From: the human T2T-CHM13v2.0 reference genome, Homo sapiens
Assembly: GCF_009914755.1 (NCBI RefSeq)
Contig: NC_060926.1
Direction: 5' to 3' (one strand)
DNA: 64,000 nucleotides
Shown here: one piece after another, positions 32,299-45,707 of the stretch
How positions within the stretch are numbered: position 1 is the stretch's first letter
Layout: every line of letters begins with the position of its first letter
Notes under the pieces: generated by a model
Told to the model about the DNA's origin: nothing
The model's database searches: none
The model's input: the letters and a program-made list of their open reading frames with translations, nothing else
Made by a program: the position numbers and the translations under genes

Positions 32299-33060
32299 TC
32301 CTGTTTTCAGTATTTTGCAGCAGAGTGCCCAACATAGAACATAATCGCAAATATTCCACTGCAGAAAAGAGGTGCTAGTGCTTAAGCACAAACGGGAGAC
32401 ATGATTATTTTGCTTTAAATAAATACTTAAACACAGCTCAGGTCCTGCAAGTATCTGGACTCTAGGTCTGAGTAGTGGAGCTGAGTCCCACTTGGGCCCA
32501 CAATGATATCATGATTCCCCCCTTCCTCTCAGTGATCAATACGTGGCATCGAGTGCCAATGGTCAAACGTGATCGCAATGAGCTCCTTTTCTAGAGCCTT
32601 CCGCAACTCTCTACGGACACGACTAGCCAGGATAAAGACCATTAGAATTGTTCGGTCAGTGGTCCGTAACAGTTAAGTATTTTAAGGCTGTCCATGGCGA
32701 AACCCTGTCTCTACAAAAAATACAAAAATTAGCCAGGCTGGTGGCATCCGCCTGTGATCCCGGCTACTCGGGAGGCTGAGGTGGGAGGATCACTTGAGCC
32801 TGGGAGAAGAAAGAAAGAGAGAGAGAGAGAGAGAGAAGTATTCTTCATGGGTCTCTTGGTTTTTTTTATCGGGGAGACAGATGCATTTAGGTGATTTTCT
32901 TCAGCTCATCCTGCAGGACCAGCAGGTCCCTGTTTCTGAGGACCACATGCCCTTGAAGAAAGCTTTGCCCCTTTCCTCTCTGAAGATGGTCCTCCAACAA
33001 TCGAGGGTGCCTGTGTACTCGAGGTCAGCTTCTTTGCCTCGACTGCATCTGCATCCCATC
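32299..33060 (-). pseudogene. SLC25A6P: Processed pseudogene fragment of ADP/ATP translocase 3 (SLC25A6): C-terminal coding part plus 3'UTR, split by an Alu fragment
   Basis: Minus strand reads [30 protein letters not shown]...DELKKIT* versus ANT3 [30 protein letters not shown]...DELKKVI*. Downstream blocks (aaccaagaga, ggaaggctctagaaaagg, cattgcgatc, gacctagagtccagat, taagtatttatttaaa, tatgttctatgttggg..ctgctgcaaaa) match the SLC25A6 3'UTR as I recall it. Has an internal deletion and frameshift. Confidence 0.88.
32693..32835 (+). mobile_element. Central AluJ fragment with (GA)n tail inside the pseudogene
   Basis: aagtatt duplicated at 32675-32681 and 32836-32842. Confidence 0.85.
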
Positions 33061-33062
33061 CA

Positions 33063-33190
33063 CCTAGGCAGGCAGATCATTTGAGGCCAGGAGTTCGAAA
33101 CCAGCCTGGTCAACATGGTGAAACCCTGTCTCTACTAAAAATACAAAAATCAGCCAAGAAGGGTCACACGTGCCTATAATCCCAGCTACC
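33063..33190 (+). mobile_element. Partial Alu abutting the pseudogene 5' end
   Basis: ggcagatcatttgaggccaggagttcgaaaccagcc...aatcccagctac. Confidence 0.85.
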
Positions 33191-34201
33191 AAACTTAAAA
33201 AAAAAAACCTCTACTATATCTTCTGAATAATAATTTGAATATTATTTCTTTGTCTCTTAGGTCACTCATCAGCAAACATATATAGTGTGTCTGCCTTAGG
33301 TAAAGTAACTGACCAGGTTCAAAGATGCCTCTGATATGAACCAAATCACTGACCCTCGCAAAACATGTTGCTTTAAGAAATTGCCTTTGTATGAGAGTAA
33401 TCCCTATAGGAGCATCTTAAGTTCCTTAAATTTTTTCCTCTCAATAAACCCAGTAGTAATTGTACCCTCCTGACAGTCTTCAGAGGGCAACAGAAATTAC
33501 TTTAGAGTTAAGAAATTAAAGTGAGTAAAGGATACAAATTATTTACAGGATAAGACTTTATGTGCAAAATACATCTATAAAGTTTACTTCGTCAAAGTCT
33601 GACCTGTTTGCTTAGCCTCTCTATTCTTCCCTCCATTTCCTCTTTCCATTCCCACCTTTCTTCTTAGTGCCAATATTTTCCTCAAACAAAGGCTTTTCTC
33701 ATTAACTGCCTGCATTGCTTTGCCTCCAGCCCTCTGAGTCTGTGTTCTCTTTGGTCATTGTTTTCCATCAGCAGAAGCACAGACACGCTCTCTTCTAAGT
33801 ATTCAAGGCATGCCTGACTTCCCAAGATGATCTTCCCAAGTCACTGAACGTAACATCAAGAACTTTTGCACATTTTAGAGTACATACACGGGAAGCCACA
33901 TCCCAGAAATCTACATGGCAACCTCGCTAGGTAACTCTTAACTCTGAAACCCATTTCAGAAACACTGCCTGGAGTTCAAGGGCAGAGCTGGAATTATAGT
34001 TCAAAGCTTTGGGGTGGTCTGTTATGCAATTAACCAACTCACTTTGTTATTAATAGTATCACGAATCATTATGCAAGCCAGGTGTGCTTGTAAGGGAAGC
34101 ACCAAGCACTGCTTCAACCATTTAATTATTTATGACACTTTCCCCCTTTTTAACTAAAGCATGCTTGCTGTATAAATTTTGACAAACAATAGGTAACTTA
34201 A

Positions 34202-34567
<366 letters not shown>

Positions 34568-34824
34568 CACTTCCAGGCTTTTTAAATGCATTGCTGATAT
34601 TATATGTAATTTTACTTTCTGCTTAAAATTATATTAAAAGTAGATTTCCATGTCTGTAAATTTTTTATATCATTAAATGGCTGTAAAATATCACCTTGAA
34701 TCATAAAGAAATGAAGTTTTCCTTTTATTAGATTGTAACTTGTTTCCAATTTCATCACAATTGTAAGTAACATTGATATGGAAATCCTTATGCATGACTC
34801 TGTCTGTATTTCAGATTATTTCCA

Positions 34825-35975
34825 TAGGCAAAATATATATCTGATACAGGTCTTGCATCCAGAATATATAAATAACTCTTACAAATCAATTATAAAAAGA
34901 CAAATGAGTCAATTTTTCAATGGGTAAAAAAAAGTGAACAGATAATTTACCAAAGAAGATCTACTTAAGGCAAATAACCCCATGAAAATATACTCCACAT
35001 TAGTCACCTGAGAAATACAAAGTAAAAGGACAATGAGGTAATACTACAAACACTACAGGCTAACATTTTTTAACTGGCAATACAAAGTGTTAGCAATGAT
35101 ATGGAGCAACTGGAATTCTCATACATTGCTGGTGGAAATGAAAATGATACAGCCCCTTTGGAAAACAGTTTATCCAGTGTTTTGTAAAGTTAAACTACAC
35201 TTACTATACAACCCGGCAACTCTCCTCCTAGAAATAAAATACAATTCTACTCCTCAGAGAAGTGAAAATACATCCACACAAAAACCTGTATATGAATATT
35301 CAGAGCACTTAATTAATAATAGCCCAAACTGGCCAGGCGTGGTTGCTCACACCTGTAATCCCAGCACTTTGGGAGGCTGGGATGGGTGGGTCACTTGAGA
35401 TCAGGAGTTTGAGACAAGCCTGGTCAACATGGTGAAACTCTGTCTCTATTAAAAATACAAAAATGAGCTGGGCATAGTGACACACACCTGTAATTCCAGC
35501 TACTTGGGAGGCTGAGGCGGGAGAACCGCTTGAACCCAGGAGGCAGAGGTTGCAATGAGCCGAGAAACAACCCAAATGTCCATCTACTGATGAATGGATA
35601 AACAAACAATTGTGATGTGTCTATTTAATGCAATATTTCTCAGCAGTAAAAATGAATAAGCTACCGATACATGTAACAGCATAGATAAATCTCAAAAGCA
35701 GTGTGCTAAGGACAGAAACCAGGCATCAAAGACTACCCACTGTATAAATCCATTTATATGATATTTTAGAAAAGGCAAAACTATAGTGATATTTCTAGTT
35801 TCCTGGGCTTGGGAGTGGAGGTAAGAACTTTTTGGAATGAAGGAAATGTTCTACACCTTGATCGTGGTGGTGGTTGTATGACTGTATACATTTGTCAAGA
35901 AGAATTAAACTGAACACTTAAGATGAGTGAGTTTGTAGTATGTACATTGTACCTCAATAAAGCCAATTAAGAAAA
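34825..35975 (+). mobile_element. Old L1 (L1MB/MC-like) ORF2 end and 3'UTR
   Basis: ccagaatatataaataactc...ggagcaactggaattctcatac...aaacaacccaaatgtccatc...cctcaataaa. Confidence 0.85.
35331..35565 (+). mobile_element. AluS lacking 3' end and tail, inside L1
   Basis: Ends at gagccgaga, then L1 resumes; no poly-A, no TSD. Confidence 0.88.
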
Positions 35976-36407
35976 TAAGAAATGGTTCTGATATATGGTT
36001 TTTTGGGTTTTGTTTGTTTGGGCAGCTGACCTAAAATAGAACCTGAAAACAGATTGGGGAATTCAGAAAGAGAAATAGGACTTGAAGGGTGTGGGGGATG
36101 GTGTCAGGACAATGATTTCTGGTTTTGGAAGTGTTAAGGAGGTTGAGTTAATGAGGGCACAGAGAGAGAAAAGAGACATAGAGAAATATGGGGCATGATG
36201 GGGGGGTCTCTACTGCAGCAAAAAGGAAAAAGGAGAGCAAGAAATTGAGAAAACAGTTTTTATACATAGGATTTTTGTATGTGTTGCCTATTTTGTCTCA
36301 ATTTATTTTTATTTTTTTCTCTTCATTCTCTTGGTCTCTCCTTTTCCTGGGGGGTCTTAGACACCATGTGTAACTATTGCGTGCTTCCAAAGTTTTCCAC
36401 TAAACAG

Positions 36408-36506
36408 ACCACACACATACATACAGACACACCACACACAACCAAATGTTCCCCAACCCCACCCCACCACCACCACCACATACACACAAACACATACCCC
36501 TCACAC
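36408..36506. repeat. CA/CCA-rich low-complexity tract
   Basis: cacacacatac...ccaccaccaccacca. Confidence 0.8.
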
Positions 36507-37679
36507 TAAAATAAAACAACCAAAGGAGAAAATTGGAGGGTGGAAGCAAACCAAGAGACAGGAAGGTAAAATCTGGCCCCTGCCTTAAAGCGCATTAGTT
36601 AGGAGAGTTCACTCTCTTGGTCCTTTACATTCCGTGGGGAGAAGCAGTAGAAAATTACCGGGTTATTCACTCCGAGTCTAAGCAGCTGAATAGGAAAATA
36701 GCTTTAATAGCCCTATTAGGACCTGGGCCAAGGACTTTTTCTTTGGGTTTGTTGTGAATGATTAAAGGTTAACGGTGGCATTTTTCTTTCAGCCTAGGGG
36801 AGACAACCATCTCAGTAATGATCCTAATTGGATCCAACTGGGGAACTCCAGAAAGTTTCAGTAACAAATTTGCAATGGTTCTGGGCCTTTTAATATGGAT
36901 TCACAAAAGATAATGAGGTTATCCTGTCATTTCTACCCTATGGATGAGGAAAGTGACATTCAGACAGGCCATGGGATCTACCCACTCCCTCGTAAAGAAC
37001 TGGAGGACCAACATTAGCAACAGGACCTCCCATTTGGCATTTTGTTTTCAGATGTGCCTAGAAGAAGGAGATTACAGCTTCTTGGACTGTTGAAGCCTGG
37101 GTTCTTCTTGAGTTGTGAAGATATCACCTAAATCCTATCCACATTTTGTGCACCAGGTTTGTGGACGCCTACCACCATTCATTCATTGCAGTGGCTCAGA
37201 GAAGATGAAAACAGGACTCTTTGGGGCCAATGAAGATCCCCAACAGAGCTCAGATGACCAGAGTGGACTGGCTTCTACCCTAAATACATACAACAATACT
37301 TCCCACTCTGACCTTGCTCACTTTATACAACACCACACAACTAGAGAGTGGCAGAGCTGCTGTGGGAACCCAAATGCCATCTGACTCCAAAGCCTTACTC
37401 TCAACCACCACCCTGCTGCCTCCTATTCTTTCCTGAAATCTTCAGTATAGTCATTATTATGAAGTAAAAAAAAAAAGAAAATGAAAGGATGGAAGGAAGG
37501 TAGAGGGAGCCCCTCTATCTCCATTCTTTGTTTCCATGAAGAACCTCTACTCCATTTTCAGGGGAGTGCTATTGGTGTAACACACTTTCTGGCCCTCTCC
37601 CTCCCATTCTTGTCACTCATTCTCCCCAAGGAAGAAGCGATATGTGGATGATAAGATTGGAAGAAGCCACTCTTATGTT

Positions 37680-37915
37680 CGGTGGTGTGCTGGTAAATGT
37701 TTAGCAGCTGGCTCTGGGGCAGAGAGAAAGCCCTGAATTGTAGTATGTGCCAATCTCCATGGTGTAAAAACACTTCTACCATAGCTGCTTCCAAGTATGT
37801 AAATTGTACACCTCAATAAAGCCAATTTAAAAAGTAAAGTCAATCAGTTTGTAAAACTCTTGAGACTTTAACATTCAGTCCAGCAAGCTGTTACCTGCCG
37901 GATCCAGCAACACAC
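37680..37915 (+). mobile_element. MER63A-like MITE
   Basis: ggtggtgtgctggtaaatgtttagcagctggctct...ccagcaacacac. Confidence 0.7.
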
Positions 37916-39479
37916 AACCCGTAACATAACGAGTTGGGTCTCAGCTCCCCGCTCTTCACAGACTCCAGAGTTCTCTCCCCTTTGTGGGGTTCCTCATCCA
38001 TCCTTCCATTGCTTCTGCTGCTGCCCTGAAGGCATCACCGCTCTCCCGTCTCCTCTTGGGGCACCTAACTCTCTTAACAGTTTAGGACTTTGAGGAGTTT
38101 TGCCTTTCACAAAAAGAAAGAATGGGGGAAAAACGGTTATGCCTCAGCAGCTTTCGCTGTCTACCCTGCAGCACAAATTCCACTTGATGGAGGAACACAA
38201 AGGTCGGACTCCCTGCCGTGAAGAGGAGAAAGGGAAATTCGAATATGGAAGGAGCTCTACTCTCCCTTGCTCTGTCCTCCGCAAGAGAATGGGGCAGAAC
38301 ATTCTTTAGTCTACACCTCTGTCCCACATGAGTTGCCAAAGACCACAGTGCCTGGTGGGTGACATCTCTCCAGGCTTTTGAAGACATCTGAGCCTGGATT
38401 TTGAGCACATTCCTGACCTCCCTACTGGGAGGCTCTTCTCCTTCAAGGTCTGCCTTCTGACAAGCCCTAGCTCTTTCCCACCTCCAGTGGCTGGGTGGGC
38501 CGGGGGGTGGGGTAAGGGTGGAGATGTGGGCACATTCTGGGAGCCCCACCAGAACCCCATGGAGTGGAGAAGTGACCTTCTAAGGAGGGGAGCGTACAGT
38601 TTCCGGAAGGGAGGAAGGATGCGGTGAGGACCAAATGCATCCATGCAGGATTTCAAATATAAACGACTCTATAGAATACAAGCACCTACTCCTGGCAACC
38701 GAAGCCGAAGGAAGCCTAAGAATATAAGAGACGGGGCTTCGGCGAGGGCACGTGACCGAAAACTCACATAACACTCCACCTGCCCCAGTCCAGCCAGCCT
38801 GCTGTCCACAGTGTGCCCATCAGTGTATCAAACCTCAGTGCTTTATTTCCTGGGATCCTGGCCGAGCTCCCATTAACCTCCTGTGTTGTCCCCACAGCTC
38901 CTATACATGGGAGAGGGCCTGCGTTGGGCCAGATCCCAGAGCTGGGGCCTAATTTGTGATGGGATGCCCTGGGAGGCAAGCGTGCTTCAGCATGTACCCA
39001 ATCAATAGCCAGACACCCAGGTCCGGAGGTGCCTGAGTCGGTCAGCAGGACGTTGGGCAGGTCTAGGTTCAGAACCTCTGCAGTTTTTCCCTTGGCTTCC
39101 CCGGGGCTTGTCCACAACGCCCCCTGCTGCCCATTCTTGGTTAACCTTGTGTCTTGTGGATACCTCATCAGATCTGTTCATGAAGCCTAACGCAAGGTCC
39201 TCCCTCCAGGGTGACACAGTGAAGTCAAGTAACAGATGTGGAGATGCTTTGGAGAGCTTGAAACAGAAGACTACATAATAACAATGGGCCAGTATCATAA
39301 AGCCAAGATTGAAGAAGACAGAACTGAATATCTCCCTCATCTGCAAAACTTGCCTTATCTTTCAGTATCATCCTGTTTCAGTGGACAGAAATCAATCCAT
39401 CATATATTTGAGCCCTGCTCTTATAACCAAGTTAAATTTTGCCTAAAATAAGGCCCTGCCTCAAGCAAATCATGGTTTG

Positions 39480-39824
<345 letters not shown>

Positions 39825-39839
39825 TAATTGTTATGACTG

Positions 39840-40020
39840 CCATAGTACCTACTATGTCCCAGATAATTTGCCTAGGTTTTTAACCCTCACAACACATCCC
39901 TAAAACATTGTACAGATGCAAATGCAGAGGCACGAAGAGGCTTAAAACATTCCCAAAGTCACATAGTTACTATAAAGCCAGTAACTGGCTCTATGTCTAT
40001 CTGAGTCCAAAATGTGTTTT
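39840..40020 (-). mobile_element. MIR
   Basis: taaccctcacaac...tacagatgcaaatgcagaggcac...cccaaagtcacatag. Confidence 0.6.
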
Positions 40021-40199
40021 GTCCCCTTCTGTGCCTATGCACAGAGGGCAGTGGGAACATAAATGGAGGTGGAGGGAGGGGTAAGAAGGAGACATCAGTG
40101 GTCTACCCTCTTTATGTGATAACAGACTCCCTCTTTTATCTGGCAGCTGCTCCCTCAAGAGGAATACCCATTCTTTCTTCCTAGGTCAAGAAAGAGAGT

Positions 40200-40615
40200 C
40201 CAAGGCATGGTCAATCACAACACTGTCCCTCTAGTCATGGGCCAAGTGCTGGGCACACGTCACCAGCCAGGCTACTCTTAGCCTTTCCCATAATTTTAAT
40301 AACCTGAGACTGGGAGAAAGAAGCCTCACTCTCTCCTGGAGTGATCAAACTGTATGTAAGTCTAGAGTTCTCTGTGAGTACAGTCTCCTCTAGCAAGAAA
40401 GGATGAGACCAACTCATAATAAGAAGCCAAAATACATGTACATATGAGTAAGAGAGAGAGAGAGAGCTGACAGCATTGTTTGGGTGTCTGGATCTAGCCA
40501 TTCCTGTGGTGGCTCTGTCTAGTCCTTACTTAAATGAGTTAATACATCCCCTTTTAACTGAAGCTAGTTTGTGTTGGGTTTCTGTCCCTTAAAGTCAAGA
40601 GTCCTGAGAAATACA
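40200..40615 (+). mobile_element. MLT1 (J/K-like) LTR
   Basis: ctggatctagccattcctg...aagctagtttgtgttgggtttctgtc...aagagtcctgagaaataca. Confidence 0.65.
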
Positions 40616-40624
40616 ATACTGGTC

Positions 40625-41170
40625 AAAAAAAGTCTTCATAGAACAGGTGAACCAGGAAAAAAGGGATTCACCAGAAAGATAAGAGGAGAGGCAGAGGGTG
40701 AACGTAACAGCAGCTGCACTCGAGGAACTGCGAGCAGCTCAGGATGACTTGAGCTGAGATGTGCAGAGGGGGTTGGAGAGACGGGCGAGAGCCACATCAG
40801 GGAAGGCCTTGTTTGTCAGGTTAAAATGTTTGGTCTTTATGTGAGGGCGACAGGGAGCCCCCAAAGGGTTTCAAGCAGTGGTGTGACATGCTCAAGCTCG
40901 TTTTGAGAAGATCACTCGGGAGAACGGGTCTGAGAGACAGCACAACAGGAGGGCAGCGGATTAGTTATGAGGCTGCTCCGGGAATCCAGGTGAAGAGCTC
41001 AGGATGGAAAATGACTCGACGTTTTTGACTTGGTCATTGGCCAGAGGGGAGGGCAAGAACGAAAAGAGTTGTGTTTTGTTCATGTGCAGTTTGAAGTAAG
41101 TATCATACATTTAAATGGAATTGTCCAGTAGGTTTACTAAAAGAGATGACAGAGTTGGCGATGTTTAAGT
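40625..41170 (+). mobile_element. L2 fragment
   Basis: ggtctttatgtgagggcgacagggagcc...ttcaagcagtggtgtgacatg...agaagatcactc. Confidence 0.65.
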
Positions 41171-42931
41171 TTTTCTGAGTCATCAATTCAGCTGTTTGCT
41201 GTCTGCCTACTACTGGCCAAGCACTGTGTGGAGGAGAACACCGTCCAGCCTCTGCTCCCTGGCATCACACTGTGGCAAGACAAAACAGATGATAACCAGA
41301 GAAACCAATCGAGAAACAAGGGAAGTGCAGGGGAGACCGTAAAGCAGCATCGTGTAGCAGAGGGGCTGGGGTGGGGGCTCCATCTCTTCAGTGGTCCTGG
41401 AAGGAGGAGCTGACGCCCTGAGGGTGCAGGAGGTGGCTGAAGATGAATATTCTCCAATTCATGCCCACTGAATAGGAACATGCCCATTTAAAAGCATCCA
41501 TATGCATTTTGTTTGGCTTGTTGGTTTTCTTTGCCTGCCTATGCCTTCAAAGCTGGCATTGAGGTGGCAGGAGGCTTCTGTGCAGAAAACTGAGGCTGGT
41601 GCTGGAAAACTCCCACCATGGCCCCTTTGTTCTCATCCAGTGCCTTTCATCCCACACTCCCAAAGCCCATCCTGGCGCCCACCCTTTAATTGTCAGGCCT
41701 GGCTCATCGACACAAGCAGGTGGCATTTGATCATTATTCCTGCATCATAAATGAGGGTAACAAAGGCCTCCCTCTCCAGGGTATCAGCCAATATTATTTT
41801 GTGAGTTCAAGGGATCTGACTTTGAGTTGAAGCAGAAAGGCCTGATGTCCCATCCTTTTCATTTCTGGAATTACCCGTCGCTGCATCTTTCTGTTACCGC
41901 CATTTCCTCTTTAACTCCACGTATCTAACTGGAAACTTTGCTTTTCTTTGTTTCATCTTCTTTGGAATATGTTGTTCCCTGTGACCCCTCCCCACAAAGC
42001 CTTGCCTCTGCAGCAGATGCCCTGAGCCTTCCTGATGCCTGGGACTGGTACCTCATCCAGTTTGCTTGTTTCAGGCACTAACTAAACTAGAATGTGCCTG
42101 GATCCCTATGGGCCTTGGCTTTCTACCAGATGACAGGCAAACTAAGAGACGTACACAACCTATGCACTCCCTTCCCTCTAGAATGTTTCAGCAGGGGTCC
42201 TCTAAGTAAGAAAGCTGGAATTAAAAGGAATAGTTTTAATGGGGAAACCCTGGCTAGGGAGATGCTTGATACCCTAAGGCTGTATGTCTAGCTAGGTCAG
42301 GCATAGCTCAGTGCGGTCTGCATTTCATAGCAGATGTTTAGTTTGGAAAGTCCCCTGGCTACTTGGCTTCTAGAGCCCTCTCTCACCATGGGACTTCTCT
42401 GTGGGAGGACAGAACTCATCAATCACATTCTCCAAATGTCAAGTTCCTGCTGTGTAACCCCAGGAGAACCTTGCTTCCCATCTACATAACAGAAGTGAGG
42501 ACCCCAGATTTGCTAGACAAAAGCTTGAACCTGTGGGGAAAGGTCCCCCCAGCTGGTCAGAATTCCCAAAGAAGGCTACCACTGGGAGATGGATTGCAAT
42601 ATAAATGGCACCCCCACCCTCTGGATGTTTGTCATTTCACCCTTCCTTCTTTACCTGACAATCTCTTAAGAGATTCTTGGGGGGATGTAATACACCAGCC
42701 AGGAACTAAATTATATTCAACTTTCTCAAGTAGATACTATTTCAGCTACGTTTGGGAAATGCTTAGCCAGAATTTGAGGTCACTGGAAGAGGTCATAGAA
42801 TCACTCAGGTTCAGACTTGTGGAATTACTTACACTTTCCAGAACCTGTCATGACTTCTTTGGCTCCAGGGCTTTATACCTGCTGCTTCTTGTGCTTTGGG
42901 GTTTCCTTCTCTCCCACCAGCCCTATCCACA

Positions 42932-43186
42932 GCACACACATGCATACACAAACATGTACACACGTATACACATGCATGCATGCACATGCGCACACATGCA
43001 CACACATGCATACACAAATGCACACACATACATGCATACACACACATACACACACATTCACACACATGCATACACATACGTGCATACACACACATGCTGC
43101 ACACATGCACACACATATACATGCACACACATACATGCATACACATGTGTGCATACGCACATGCATACACACACATGCATACACAG
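42932..43186. repeat. Compound (CA/CATA/CATG)n alternating purine-pyrimidine repeat
   Basis: ~255 bp of cacacatgcatacac-type units. Confidence 0.95.
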
Positions 43187-43263
43187 CATGGCCTCTGCTT
43201 GTCCTTCCAGAGTCTCTTATAAAGCTTTTCCTGATATTCCAAGTCTCAAGCTAGCTACCCTCC

Positions 43264-43495
<232 letters not shown>

Positions 43496-43543
43496 CCACA
43501 CCCCCATTTTTACAGTTTTCTAACCATTGACTATTTTCCAGTC

Positions 43544-44208
<665 letters not shown>

Positions 44209-44639
44209 AAGTCTTTACCAATTGGCAATAAGCTCTCTGGTTGTCATTACAGTTCCAACGTGCCAGGCAACCAGTAAATGATCAATAAATATTGGCATTT
44301 TGGGTGAATACATAGGTCATTAGTGCTACTGTTCTGCTTTGACTCTCATTCAGATTAGGAACGAGCTCCCCCTCCAAATAAGCAAGCAGACTAGAGACTA
44401 TTTCCTGAGAATGTAATTCCGATTCAATTCAGAATTTGTTTCATATGCTCAGGACTTGGCCCTCGGAGGGCTGGGGAGAGGGAAACAAGCAATACTAATT
44501 GTAATCTCTGCCTTCAATTTTCCCCTTTTTGAACATAGTACTAGTGTTGGCCACCTCTCTGCACTGCTTCAAATCCCCCCGGTCCCTCCTCTCGCTCCAT
44601 CAGTGCCTTGGTGACCACTTTCACGCAGGCTTTGCCAAC

Positions 44640-44965
44640 TGCACATGTTCAAAGGCTCATAGGTGAAAGAGCACAGTGCATCCATGGAACTTCAAGAAAT
44701 TCAGGGGAGCTGAAGCAAAGTTCATTCACGGTGGGGAGGAGCAGAGGCAGTGAGGGGAAGAAGTGAGGATGGAGGGCTCTGCATGGGATGCAGCATGAAG
44801 GACCTTCCAAGAGTGCAAAGTTATGTATCCTGATGGCAAGGGGCAGCCATGGAAGATTTTGAGTAGGGAAGTGACTTGATCAGATTTATGTTTTTAAAAG
44901 ATTCCTCTTGCTGCAATATGGGAAATTGACCAGAGGGGGCACAGCTGGAGGCAGAAGTCCAGTTG
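44640..44965 (+). mobile_element. L2 fragment
   Basis: ggcagccatggaagattttgagtagggaagtgacttgatcagatttatgttttt. Confidence 0.65.
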
Positions 44966-44971
44966 GTAATT

Positions 44972-45100
44972 AGACATTCTCAATCTGCCTATATGTGAAC
45001 ATCATTAAAGAAATACCCAGAGGAGGGGTCCAAATGTCACTTTTTTTTTCTTCCAGGTCCCCTCAGTGATTCCTGTGTGCACCCAGGGTTGAGAACTACT
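44972..45100. mobile_element. MER5-like MITE
   Basis: gtgattcctgtgtgcacccagggttgagaactactg. Confidence 0.6.
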
Positions 45101-45199
45101 GCATAAGAGGTCCTAGAAGATATCTGGTATGGCCAGAGTACAGAGGGACCGGAGGTAAGCCAGGAGAGACATGCAGAGCAAAGAGTTGAGGTCTCCATC

Positions 45200-45552
45200 T
45201 TCTGTGGGCAGCATCTGGCCTGTTCTGCTTCCTCTGATTCTCACCAAAGTGTTGGCCCAAATGATTTTTAAATTTGAATTCATTGCCATTATTAAACATA
45301 TATAGATGTCACACAAAATATCCAGATTTCTGCTCCTCTAAGAAACTTGGGAGGTCTGGCCACCCTGGGCCTGCATGCCCCCATGGCAATAAATCAAGCC
45401 CTGGCTGCTGCTTCACATGTGGCATGGACTCTCCGAGCTGCCACAGCCCGGCCACTCTTTGTCAGTTCCCACCACTGCAGCCAAAAGCCAGCTGCTGTTT
45501 TTCATCTCTTACCCAGCCTGTTTGCTCATTTAAGCTAATTGTCTAGTCCCTG
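45200..45552. mobile_element. MER102-like hAT-Charlie element
   Basis: aatttgaattcattgcca...tccagatttctgctcctct...tctggccaccctgggcctgcat. Confidence 0.65.
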
Positions 45553-45707
45553 TTGAGATTGGAGTTTAGATCTCAAAAGCTAGACTCTACAGGGTGGGTA
45601 GGCCTGTTAATGATTTTGTTATTTACCCTGGAAGCACTGCAAAGGCATTGGAAGGTTTCACGTAGAGCAGCAATAACACAAGCAAATCTGATGTCGAAAG
45701 ATCACTC

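Noticed and set aside
32330-32690. CpG-rich, foreign-looking segment suspected of being non-human or synthetic
   Set aside because: Its reverse complement matches the SLC25A6 3'UTR block by block and is contiguous with the pseudogene across the aagtatt duplication.
38082-39451. Cluster of 60-155 aa ORFs in unique DNA
   Set aside because: They overlap on both strands with no recognisable homology or consistent exon structure, as expected in GC-richer sequence.
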